Shown here: one piece after another, positions 9,027 through 17,608 of the stretch
Numbering within the stretch: the first letter of the stretch is position 1
How the letters are laid out: each line of letters opens with the position of its first letter
Assembly (NCBI GenBank): GCA_934096555.1
Contig: CAKOMD010000002.1
Location: forward strand, 67,128-131,127
DNA: 64,000 bases
Origin: an uncultured Bacilli bacterium
GTDB taxonomy: Bacteria; Bacillota_I; Bacilli_A; RF39; UBA660
Direction of reading: 5' to 3'
Notes under the pieces: generated by a model
Seen by the model: the letters and a program-made list of their open reading frames with translations, nothing else
Databases searched by the model: none
Told to the model about the DNA's origin: nothing
Program-made: the position numbers and the translations under genes

Positions 9027-10196
9027 ATGGAGATGATAACAATTTACAAAGGATTTAAATTTAGACTATATCCCAATAGCTCGCAGGAAGAAAAAATAAA
9101 CAAAACTTTTGGATACAATAGATTCGTTTATAATCATTATCTAAATCAAATAAGAAAGGAAGGTTATAAAAATGTTAATTATTATATCAAAGATTACACA
9201 ACCAATTTAAAATATACTTACCCCTTTTTAAAAGAGGCTAATCCAATACTTATTAGAAAAACATTATATAGACTTGAAGATAATTATAAAAGATATCTTA
9301 ATAGTAGTTTTGGCTATCCAAAGTATAAAAGTAAATATGCCAAAAACTCCTATAGTATAACTTTTGACAGTAGTAATGTAGGCACGAACTATCAAAATGT
9401 AAGCCTAGATTTAAAAAACAAACGAGTCGAGGTGCCAGAGTTAGGAAGATTAAAAATAAAAGGTTATAGGCATATTCAGCAGATAAATGGTAGAATAGCC
9501 AATTACACAATTTCAAGAGAAAAGAATGGTAAATACTATATAAGTTTTTTATTTGAATTAGCTAACATTAATAAAATAGTACCCAGTGTAGTAGTGGGCT
9601 TAGATCTTGGTCTAAAAAAATTAATAACGCTATCAGATGGTATAACCTATAATAACAACAAATATATAGCAAAATATGAAACCAAAATAAAAAAAGAACA
9701 GCAGAATTTATCAAGAAAACAAAAAGGAAGCAAAAACTACTACAAAAATTTAAAAAAGTTAAATGTACTCTATGTAAAACTATCAAATTCTAGAAAGTAT
9801 TATACTCATAGTATAACCAAAGAAATAACGGACAATTACGATATTATAAGTACAGAATCCTTAACCACAAAAAAGATGATAATGAATAAACAAAATCATT
9901 TATCAAAAAATATCGTTGATGTTACACTAGGTGAAATATTAAGGCAGCTAGAGTATAAATCAAACGAAAAAGGTAAATATTTTTATAAAATAAGTCCATA
10001 TTATCCATCCAGCCAAACGTGCAGTGTATGCGGTAATATAGATAGAAAATATAAAAATTTAGATAAAAGAATCTACAAATGTAATAAGTGTCAAAGCATA
10101 TTAGATAGAGACTATAATGCTAGTATAAATATTATGTTTGAAGGATTAAAATTATATATGAAAGATGCCAAAGAAAAGACTATAACTACAAGTTAA
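9027..10196 (+). CDS. tnpB: TnpB (OrfB) RNA-guided nuclease-like transposon protein
   Basis: N-terminal YKGFKFRLYPN. RuvC-like residues GLDLG, ..TESL.., DRDYNASINI. Zn ribbon CSVCG..x..CNKC. Confidence 0.85.
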   Translation: MEMITIYKGFKFRLYPNSSQEEKINKTFGYNRFVYNHYLNQIRKEGYKNVNYYIKDYTTNLKYTYPFLKEANPILIRKTLYRLEDNYKRYLNSSFGYPKYKSKYAKNSYSITFDSSNVGTNYQNVSLDLKNKRVEVPELGRLKIKGYRHIQQINGRIANYTISREKNGKYYISFLFELANINKIVPSVVVGLDLGLKKLITLSDGITYNNNKYIAKYETKIKKEQQNLSRKQKGSKNYYKNLKKLNVLYVKLSNSRKYYTHSITKEITDNYDIISTESLTTKKMIMNKQNHLSKNIVDVTLGEILRQLEYKSNEKGKYFYKISPYYPSSQTCSVCGNIDRKYKNLDKRIYKCNKCQSILDRDYNASINIMFEGLKLYMKDAKEKTITTS

Positions 10197-10315
10197 AAAG
10201 CACTATTTCTTTAGGCAAAAAAATAAAGTACGGTAGCCAATATCGGAATTAATGTCTGCGAGTGAAGTTAATGCTAACTATCACAAACAGAAATATATCA
10301 CCTTGAGGTGATAAT
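10120..10315 (+). ncRNA. Putative omega/right-end RNA of the TnpB element
   Basis: Overlaps the tnpB 3' end. Locally GC-rich segment gtacggtagccaatatcggaattaatgtctgcgagtgaagttaatgc plus a terminal hairpin. Inferred from known TnpB biology; boundaries not determined. Confidence 0.35.
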
Positions 10316-10353
10316 AAATATTTTAATACTTAAGGCAAAGATATTGCAAAAAA

Positions 10354-10386
10354 TGTCGATGATATATTTTAGCTAGTTTTGTCGAA
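10354..10386 (+). promoter_or_regulatory. Two Spo0A-box-like motifs upstream of the spoIIAA-like/sigF-like operon
   Basis: TGTCGAT (10354-10360) and consensus TGTCGAA (10380-10386), 55-85 nt upstream of the start at 10441. Confidence 0.4.
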
Positions 10387-10440
10387 TTAGTATAAATAAA
10401 AATATTTATGTGCTAAATTATAAAAGAGAGGTGAATATTA

Positions 10441-10749
10441 TTGCTGAGGACCTATATGGAGTTTAGGAAGGGGATTCTGTTTATTAGATTAAAAGGAGAC
10501 CTAAATAAGAATACAATAAAAGGAGTGATAGATGAAGACTTTAAGTACGTCGTGTTAAATCTTGACGATATGTATTCAATAGATAGTTACAGTATAAAAT
10601 ATATAAACAAAATATACAAAAATATTGAATGCACAGATGGAAAGATGATTATTTGTGATAAATTCAATATCACAAAGAAACTATTAAAGGACATCCCAAA
10701 AATAGATAATGAATACGATGCATTCAAATTATTTGAAAGGATGATATAA
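10441..10749 (+). CDS. STAS-domain anti-sigma-factor antagonist (SpoIIAA-like)
   Basis: 102 aa. LNLDDMYSIDSYS aligns with the SpoIIAA phospho-serine region DLSGVSFMDSSG. RBS agagaggtga, TTG start. Abuts the sigma gene. Confidence 0.6.
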   Translation: MLRTYMEFRKGILFIRLKGDLNKNTIKGVIDEDFKYVVLNLDDMYSIDSYSIKYINKIYKNIECTDGKMIICDKFNITKKLLKDIPKIDNEYDAFKLFERMI

Positions 10750-11418
10750 ATGAACAAATATGAAGAAGTAATAGCCTCCACTAGTGGCATGGTATATATG
10801 ATAATAAATAAATATTTCAAAGGCTATGATAAAGAAGACCTATATCAGGTTGGTGTAATAGGAATAATCAAAGCATATAATAACTATAAAAAAGAACACA
10901 ACACAAAATTCTCTACATATGCCTATACATATATCTATGGTGAAATATATACATATATAAACAATTTAAGAGGAATAAAGCTAGCTAGAGAAAATTACTC
11001 TTTATATAAAAAAATAAATGAAGCTCAAAACATATTAAGACAAAAATTAATGCGAGAGCCATCAACATATGAATTATCTTCATTTTTAGAGCTTGATTAC
11101 AAATTAATAGAAAATATAATCACTAGCATGCAAAGTATAGATAGCCTAGAGCGAACTATATCAAATAGTGACAAAGATTTATCACTATTTGATACTGTTA
11201 GTGATAACAAAGACTATTATAATATTGACTTTTTCATGTTAAATGAAGAAATAAATAGTCTTCCAGAGCCTTGGAAAGAAGTAATAAAACTAAGGTATTT
11301 TGAAGACAAAACCCAAAGCGAGGTAGCAAGAATGCTCGGCATGAACCAAGTAGAAATATCCAGGGGAGAAGCAAAAGTATTACAAAAAATACGAAAGAGT
11401 TACCAAAATGTAACCTAA
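10750..11418 (+). CDS. Sporulation sigma factor, SigF/SigG group
   Basis: Region 2 DLYQVGVIGIIKAYNNY..FSTYAYTYIYGEI. Region 4 LRYFEDKTQSEVARMLGMNQVEISRGEAKVLQKIRK, close to the B. subtilis SigF region 4 as I recall it. Confidence 0.8.
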   Translation: MNKYEEVIASTSGMVYMIINKYFKGYDKEDLYQVGVIGIIKAYNNYKKEHNTKFSTYAYTYIYGEIYTYINNLRGIKLARENYSLYKKINEAQNILRQKLMREPSTYELSSFLELDYKLIENIITSMQSIDSLERTISNSDKDLSLFDTVSDNKDYYNIDFFMLNEEINSLPEPWKEVIKLRYFEDKTQSEVARMLGMNQVEISRGEAKVLQKIRKSYQNVT

Positions 11419-11504
11419 ATAAGCAACAAATCCTCAAAATGTAACCAAATGGTTTACATAAAAAATATGCATTTTATGAGAAAATAAATTTAAGGTGATG
11501 TTTT

Positions 11505-11759
11505 GTGAAAAGAAAAGATAAACACTTGGATATTTATGAACTTATTGCAAAAAATATTAAATACTATCGCAAGAGTAGAAATATGACGCAGGCTGAATTA
11601 GCAGAAAAAACAGAATATTCTCATGAGTTCATAAGAAGAATCGAAGCCCCCAACAGCAAAAAAAACTTTTCAATAGATGCTGTTAGCAATATAGCAAATG
11701 CCCTCGATATTGATATAAACTTATTATTTGAAAAAAGAGAAGATAAAGAAGGAAAATAG
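11505..11759 (+). CDS. XRE-family HTH transcriptional regulator
   Basis: YYRKSRNMTQAELAEKTEYSHEFIRRIE helix-turn-helix. GTG start with RBS aaggtga. Confidence 0.7.
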   Translation: MKRKDKHLDIYELIAKNIKYYRKSRNMTQAELAEKTEYSHEFIRRIEAPNSKKNFSIDAVSNIANALDIDINLLFEKREDKEGK

Positions 11760-11837
11760 TCAAAAAAAGACTATTTTTTTCTTATATATATTTTATTAAT
11801 TAACAAAATATAGTATAATTATGGGGTAGGTGATCAG

Positions 11838-12092
11838 ATGTATAAAAGTCAAGAAGAATTATTTAACTTTTTATCCGGTGCATTTAATGTTAAATTAAGA
11901 TTAATAAATAAAGAATATAATTATATAAGAAAAATTGATATATGGAACTATCTAAAAATAAACAAATGGAGTAAAGCCAAAAATTTAACTCTATCAGAAA
12001 TGGTCAACGATATTATCGAAGTAGACATAACCAAAGTAGATTTATTTTTAAAAGACCATCTAAAAAAAGAAAATAAAAATGTAGTAGATTAG
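11838..12092 (+). CDS. ComN-like post-transcriptional regulator
   Basis: The DIWNYLKINKWSK...LSEMVNDI motif resembles the ComN/YrzD family. Position upstream of relA. Confidence 0.45.
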   Translation: MYKSQEELFNFLSGAFNVKLRLINKEYNYIRKIDIWNYLKINKWSKAKNLTLSEMVNDIIEVDITKVDLFLKDHLKKENKNVVD

Positions 12093-12103
12093 AAGGTGAA
12101 ATC

Positions 12104-14269
12104 ATGAGTATAAAAACAATAAACATAACAATCGATGAATTAATCGAAAAATTCAAAAAATACAACAATAATGAAAAAGATATGGATTTAATAAGAAGAG
12201 CATATGACTATGCCGAAAAAAAACATTTCGGTCAAAAGAGAATATCCGGCGACGACTATATATTACATCCACTTAACGTTGCCCTAATATTAACCGAAAT
12301 TTCTGCTGATGCTCCATGCATGGCCGCTGCTCTCCTTCACGACACCATTGAAGATTCAGATGCCACTAAAGAAGAAATAGAAAAACTATTCGGTAGTGAA
12401 GTCGCCCTTCTAGTAGACGGCGTAACAAAAATAAATAAAATAAACTTCAATTCCGATTCCGAAGCTTCAGCAGCATATCAAAGAAAAATCCTCGTAGGCC
12501 TATCCGAAGATGTAAGAGTAATAATAATCAAACTAGCGGATAGACTTCATAATATGCGCACCCTCGACGTCATGTCCGAAGAAAAGCAAAAGAAAAAGGC
12601 AAAAGAAACCCTTGAAATACTAACTCCCGTAGCTCATAGATTAGGCATATACAAGATCAAAAGCGAGCTAGAAGATCTATCCTTACGATACCTAAAGCCC
12701 GATGCTTATTTTGACATTGTAGAAAAACTAAATCAAAAGAAAGTCGAACGAGATGCCGCTGTTAGTAAAATGATGGACGAAGTATCAAGTCTTCTAAAAG
12801 AACACAACATTCCTCACGAAATCAAAGGCCGAAGCAAGAGCATATACAGCATCTATAACAAACTATCCAAAGGCAAACCCTTTAGCGATATCTACGACAT
12901 ATTAGCCCTTAGAGTATTCGTAGACACAGAGCAGGAGTGCTACATAGCCCTTGGCCTAATACATTCCAAATACAAACCTGTTCCTAAAAGATTCAAAGAC
13001 TACATAGCCATGCCTAAAACAAACCTATACCAATCACTACATACGACAGTCTTCGGTATCGATGGAGAACTATTTGAAATCCAAATCAGAACCTATGACA
13101 TGGATAAAATAGCAGAATACGGTATTGCCTCCCACTGGTCATATAAAGAACACAAAGACGGCGCCGCTGCTTCAAAAGACATCATGGAACAGAAACTTCA
13201 AATATTCCGAAACATCATTGAACTAAACGAAGACTCATCAACTCCCGAGGAATTTGTGTCCTCAGTAAAAAAAGACATTCTCTCAAGTGATGTAATTTAC
13301 GTTTACACCCCAAAGGGCGATGTCATGGAATTACCCGAAGGCAGCACCCCAGTAGACTTTGCCTACAAAGTTCACAGCGAAGTAGGTGACCGCATGATAG
13401 GAGCCATCGTCAACGACAACATAGTTCCCCTAGATTACAAACTAAGCAATGGCGACATCATAAAAATAAACACCAATAAAGCTAGCACACCAAGCAAAGA
13501 CTGGCTATCATTCGTCGTAACAACAGGCGCCAAAAACAAAATAAGAGCCTATTTCAGTAGACTTGAAAAAGACGAAAATATCGAAAAAGGTAGTGACACT
13601 CTAGAAAAAGAATTACGAAAAAGCAATCTATCAATAAACGAATTCCTAACAAACAAAAATATTGATACCATTTTAGACGAACTAAAGCTAAATGACGTCG
13701 ATGATTTATACGTCAACATCGCCCTAGGCAAATACACACCTAGCCAAATAATCAAAATCGTCAACAAGCCTGAAGAGGAAAAAGTAGACATCGCCGCTAA
13801 AATTAATGAAACAAACTACAGCAAAGCAAGTTTCTCCAACAACGACGTCCTAGTAGAAGGTATGAATGAAATAAAAGCTAGCCTAAGTTCCTGCTGCAAA
13901 CCAATCCCAGGAGACAACATCATAGGATATATCACCAGAGGATCAGGCATAACCGTCCACCGCAGTACTTGCCGAAACATCATTGACATCGACGAAAGAC
14001 TAATCAACGTCAAATGGAACGATAACGTTACCAAAAAATATCCATCAGACATCTTGGTATACACAAATGCCTTTGACAACCTATTAGACATAATAACCAA
14101 AGCCTCTTCCAGTGGTATCATTATTGACAGCATTTCCACAATAAACAAAAGTGATTACAAAGTCTACAATATGACTGTCTTAGTAGAAAACAAAGAAAAA
14201 CTAGAAAAATTTATCAACGATTTACTAAATTTAAAATTTGTACAAAAAGTAGAAAGAAGTGTTAATTAA
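12104..14269 (+). CDS. relA: Bifunctional (p)ppGpp synthetase/hydrolase
   Basis: HD domain (HPLNVALIL..LHDTIEDS), synthetase YQSLHTTV, then TGS and ACT regions. 721 aa. Confidence 0.92.
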   Translation: MSIKTINITIDELIEKFKKYNNNEKDMDLIRRAYDYAEKKHFGQKRISGDDYILHPLNVALILTEISADAPCMAAALLHDTIEDSDATKEEIEKLFGSEVALLVDGVTKINKINFNSDSEASAAYQRKILVGLSEDVRVIIIKLADRLHNMRTLDVMSEEKQKKKAKETLEILTPVAHRLGIYKIKSELEDLSLRYLKPDAYFDIVEKLNQKKVERDAAVSKMMDEVSSLLKEHNIPHEIKGRSKSIYSIYNKLSKGKPFSDIYDILALRVFVDTEQECYIALGLIHSKYKPVPKRFKDYIAMPKTNLYQSLHTTVFGIDGELFEIQIRTYDMDKIAEYGIASHWSYKEHKDGAAASKDIMEQKLQIFRNIIELNEDSSTPEEFVSSVKKDILSSDVIYVYTPKGDVMELPEGSTPVDFAYKVHSEVGDRMIGAIVNDNIVPLDYKLSNGDIIKINTNKASTPSKDWLSFVVTTGAKNKIRAYFSRLEKDENIEKGSDTLEKELRKSNLSINEFLTNKNIDTILDELKLNDVDDLYVNIALGKYTPSQIIKIVNKPEEEKVDIAAKINETNYSKASFSNNDVLVEGMNEIKASLSSCCKPIPGDNIIGYITRGSGITVHRSTCRNIIDIDERLINVKWNDNVTKKYPSDILVYTNAFDNLLDIITKASSSGIIIDSISTINKSDYKVYNMTVLVENKEKLEKFINDLLNLKFVQKVERSVN

Positions 14270-14706
14270 TGAAAGTATTAGTACAAAGAGTAACATCTGC
14301 AAATGTCAAAGTAAACAGCAAAGTAGTAGGAGAAATAAACCACGGACTCCTCCTTCTCGTAGGCTTCACACAAAGTGATACGTCAAAAGAGATAGACTAC
14401 ATGGTAGACAAAGTAATAAATCTTCGTATATTCGACGACGAAAATGGAGTAATGAATAAGAGTCTCCTTGACACTGAGGGTAGCATCCTATCAGTTAGTC
14501 AGTTCACTCTATATGCCGATAGTTCCAAAGGCCGCAGGCCATCATACATAAATGCCCTAAATGGAGACGAAGCCATAGTTCTATATGATGACTTCAATAA
14601 AAAGTTAAAAGAAAAAAACGTCAAGGTAGAGACCGGTATCTTTGGCGCTGATATGCAAGTAGAACTAATAAATGATGGTCCAATTACCATAATGCTAGAG
14701 AAGTAG
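14269..14706 (+). CDS. dtd: D-aminoacyl-tRNA deacylase
   Basis: MKVLVQRV...GLLLLVGF...SVSQFTL..GRRPS motifs. Coupled to relA as in Bacillus. Confidence 0.9.
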   Translation: MKVLVQRVTSANVKVNSKVVGEINHGLLLLVGFTQSDTSKEIDYMVDKVINLRIFDDENGVMNKSLLDTEGSILSVSQFTLYADSSKGRRPSYINALNGDEAIVLYDDFNKKLKEKNVKVETGIFGADMQVELINDGPITIMLEK

Positions 14707-14731
14707 AGTTATCTACTTTTTTCTTTTATTC

Positions 14732-14810
14732 CTCTCGTGCCTATAGTCACTCAAGGTTTTCTAATGCCTAAGGTCATTAGAAAAAAGTTTAGAGCCTGTA
14801 GTCTCTAAAC
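14732..14810. repeat. Loop-conserved hairpin repeats (three units)
   Basis: Degenerate cctctcgtg[CCTATAGT]cactcaagg. Then ctaatg[CCTAAGGT]cattag (14761-14780) and gtttagag[CCTGTAGT]ctctaaac (14787-14810). Confidence 0.8.
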
Positions 14811-14822
14811 TTAAGTATTATT

Positions 14823-15365
14823 TTATTTAGTTCTTTTTAAAGTATATGCATTTTTAGAAATTTTTTCTAGTCCTTCATCTTGTGGTAACTGTAGTCCCCG
14901 TATTGATAAATAATTAGTATAATCATTGCACTCATTAATTTGTTTAATAAATTTCTTAGCTTCTCTTAATGCCTTTTTGTCATTTTTATTTTCTAAATGA
15001 ATTGAAACATCTTTAATAACATCAAACCAGCCTCCACCATTATGAATAGCTCTAAATTCTTTTGCTAATAAATAGGTTATAACATAACTATGATTTTTAA
15101 AATATATATTTTTTGTTTCTAAAGTATCTACAGTCATATGATATTTAGATTTACCAATATAATATTCATCTATACTTTGAGAAGCTTCTTCAGTTTGTTT
15201 TTCAATTTCACCATCAGTGATTATTATTGTTTTAATACGTTCGTCTTCTATAGGTTTAGCATCCTTATCTACTTTACCAGTACTTGGATCAGGCCAAGCG
15301 GGAAAATGGTATGTTACCCTTGTTACTTTTAATGGTTCATTTTCTTTTAATTCTCTAATCCTCAT
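14823..15365 (-). CDS. Hypothetical protein
   Basis: 180-aa ORF with RBS aggagg upstream. One of the few minus-strand genes in the left half. No recognised motif. Confidence 0.5.
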   Translation of the reverse strand: MRIRELKENEPLKVTRVTYHFPAWPDPSTGKVDKDAKPIEDERIKTIIITDGEIEKQTEEASQSIDEYYIGKSKYHMTVDTLETKNIYFKNHSYVITYLLAKEFRAIHNGGGWFDVIKDVSIHLENKNDKKALREAKKFIKQINECNDYTNYLSIRGLQLPQDEGLEKISKNAYTLKRTK

Positions 15366-15506
15366 AATCTTCCTCCTATGACAATTTAATATTATATCAG
15401 ATCTATATTTTTTTGTAAACCATAATTATTATTAAAATTATAAAATAGCTAACCTGTATTATTGTCATAATATAAAAAATATTATATAATTAACTAGGAG
15501 GCTAAC

Positions 15507-16259
15507 ATGATAAAAGTAGAAAAAATCTCAAAAAAATTTACTAAAGAAATAAAAAATAAAGAGAAGATAGAGTTCTATGCCGATAAGGATATTACTTTTG
15601 AAGCAAAAGATGGAGAGATACTAGGTATCCTTGGCCCTAATGGAGCAGGAAAAACAACATTACTAAGAATGATATCTGGTATTATGACTCCTTCCAGTGG
15701 TACAATTACCATTGACGACTTAAACTACAAAGAAAATGAATTAGAAATAAAGAAAAGAATATCATTCCTAACAGGTAATACCAAACTATATAAAGATTTA
15801 TCAGCTTATGAATTACTTACCATGTGTGGTGAATACTATGGCCTAAGTACAAAAGAAATAAAAAGTAGAATTAAAGAGCTAACTGATAGATTCAAAATGA
15901 AAGACTTTTTATATCAAAGAATAAGCTCACTATCTACTGGCCAATCCCAAAGAGTATCAATAGCAAGATGCTTAGTGCATAGTCCTAAATACTATATCTT
16001 AGATGAACCCACTAGCGGGTTAGACATCATATCTAGCAAAGTAATATTAGATACCATCAAAGAAGAAAGAGAAAAAGGAAACTGCATTTTATATTCAACT
16101 CATTATATGGAAGAAGCCGATACCATATGTGACAGAATAATATTTATAAATAAAGGCACAATCATTGCCACAGGTACTCCAAGTGAGATAAAAAAGAAAA
16201 CCGATACTAATAATTTAAGAGATGCCTTTTTCGTATTAGCAGGTGATAGCAATGAATAA
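15507..16259 (+). CDS. ABC transporter ATP-binding protein (NatA-like)
   Basis: Walker A GPNGAGKTT, signature LSTGQSQR, Walker B YYILDEP. Confidence 0.85.
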   Translation: MIKVEKISKKFTKEIKNKEKIEFYADKDITFEAKDGEILGILGPNGAGKTTLLRMISGIMTPSSGTITIDDLNYKENELEIKKRISFLTGNTKLYKDLSAYELLTMCGEYYGLSTKEIKSRIKELTDRFKMKDFLYQRISSLSTGQSQRVSIARCLVHSPKYYILDEPTSGLDIISSKVILDTIKEEREKGNCILYSTHYMEEADTICDRIIFINKGTIIATGTPSEIKKKTDTNNLRDAFFVLAGDSNE

Positions 16260-17394
16260 CATAAAAATAACCATTAAAAAAGAATTAAGATCAGTAATAA
16301 GAGATAAAAAATCATTACTTATGATGGCCTTAACACCCTTATTTATTCCCATATTTGTAATATTAATGTCTTACATGTACGAAACACTAACCAGTGATAG
16401 TAAAGAGACAAAATATCAAGTGGGAGTCAATTATTCACTAAATAACATTGAAAAAGAATTATTAAACCCTGATATAGAAGTAATTAAATATAGTAGTCTA
16501 AATGATATGGAAGACGCCTACAAGAAAGATAAAATAATAGCCTATATTACAAAAGAAAATAATAGTTATAATATATATGCAAACAGCAAAACAGAAAATG
16601 GTAGTATGGCTCTAATGTACTTAACAAGCTATCTAGATAGTTATAATAGTTATCTAGGTCAAAACTATCTATTAGAAAACAATATCGACATAAATAAAGT
16701 ATATAATAATATTAATTATACCACTAATGAATTAGAAGGAGAATCAATGTTTGCCAGTGAGGTAGTTCTAATGGCAGTAACCTTTACCATAATGGCTATA
16801 ACACTATCAAGTATTTATGCTTCAACAGATAGTACTGCCGGTGAAAAAGAACGTGGTACTCTAGAAACACTTTTAACATTTCCAATAACCAGAAAAGAAC
16901 TAATACTAGGAAAATATCTATCCATATGCATATCCGGTATTATCACCATGTCAATAGGAGTAATCTTATCTATAACATCATTATTCTTTGTAAAAAATAA
17001 CTTTACCATCTATGATAATGTAATATTCAACATAACACCTAACACAATAGTTCTAACTATCATAATATTATTATTTTATACATTATTCATATCAGGCCTA
17101 TGTATAGCAATAGCTAGTTTTACCAAGACCTTCAAAGAAGCCCAAAGTGCTCTTACTCCAATAAGTCTTATCACTTGCATACCAATGTTTTTAAGTATTC
17201 TAAACATTAACTTAACCAGCGGTTTAAATCTCATTCCAATAGTCAATCACACCATAGTGATAAATGATATTTTAACAGGTACTATAAATACTACTAATAT
17301 CTTACTAACTATCGTATCCTCAGTACTTTATATAACAATATTAATATCAGTAATAAGTAAGATATACAAGAGTGAAAAAATTCTATTTAATTAA
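16252..17394 (+). CDS. ABC-2 family permease (NatB-like)
   Basis: N-terminal KKELRSVIRDKKSLLMM, a large extracytoplasmic loop, then about 5 C-terminal TMs. Overlaps the ATPase gene. Confidence 0.75.
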   Translation: MNNIKITIKKELRSVIRDKKSLLMMALTPLFIPIFVILMSYMYETLTSDSKETKYQVGVNYSLNNIEKELLNPDIEVIKYSSLNDMEDAYKKDKIIAYITKENNSYNIYANSKTENGSMALMYLTSYLDSYNSYLGQNYLLENNIDINKVYNNINYTTNELEGESMFASEVVLMAVTFTIMAITLSSIYASTDSTAGEKERGTLETLLTFPITRKELILGKYLSICISGIITMSIGVILSITSLFFVKNNFTIYDNVIFNITPNTIVLTIIILLFYTLFISGLCIAIASFTKTFKEAQSALTPISLITCIPMFLSILNINLTSGLNLIPIVNHTIVINDILTGTINTTNILLTIVSSVLYITILISVISKIYKSEKILFN

Positions 17395-17402
17395 AAATAC
17401 AA

Positions 17403-17431
17403 TTGACAATACCCCAAATAAATTATATAAT
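17403..17431 (+). promoter_or_regulatory. Sigma-A type promoter of the aspS leader
   Basis: TTGACA (17403-17408), 17-nt spacer, TATAAT (17426-17431). Confidence 0.7.
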
Positions 17432-17437
17432 AAGTAT

Positions 17438-17585
17438 AGATTTTCTGTTACTATGAGTGACAAATAGTATATAAAAAGATAGAAACGGTTGGTTCCGATA
17501 AAAACCAAATAAAAGAGCACATTAGTGAAGTAGGGTGGCACCGCGGATATATATTCGTCCCTATAGATTATTAATGTGTTTTTAT
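17438..17585 (+). promoter_or_regulatory. T-box riboswitch leader (Asp specifier)
   Basis: Conserved T-box sequence agggtggcaccgcgg (17532-17546). GAC in a specifier-like context (17459-17461). Terminator stem cacatta../..ttaatgtg plus T-run before aspS. Confidence 0.8.
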
Positions 17586-17608
17586 ATTATTAGAAGGGAA
17601 AGATAAAT

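Larger units (their letters stand above)
8900..10320 (+). mobile_element. IS200/IS605-family TnpB-only (IS1341-like) element; ends approximate
   Basis: Contains tnpB and no tnpA. Structured, GC-richer 3' flank ending in the hairpin tatcacc-ttga-ggtgata (10296-10313). Confidence 0.5.

Noticed and set aside
13549-14148. Two minus-strand ORFs from the supplied track (13549-13791 and 13816-14148) inside relA.
   Set aside because: They lie entirely antisense within a well-supported conserved gene, have low-complexity Ser/Leu/Phe-rich translations and no RBS. They are shadow ORFs. The same reasoning applies to 5307-5495, 7412-7639, 9298-9786, 10587-10820, 11234-11437, 14499-14690, 15138-15332, 16815-17009, 17632-17955, 18742-18939, 22744-22977, 27179-27394, 31465-31761, 33462-33662, 36844-37035, 38676-39083, 43651-43896, 45486-45755, 48874-49260, 51969-52238, 52524-52742, 53475-53798, 57630-57821, 58277-58537, 59975-60322, 60792-60995 and 61612-62005.
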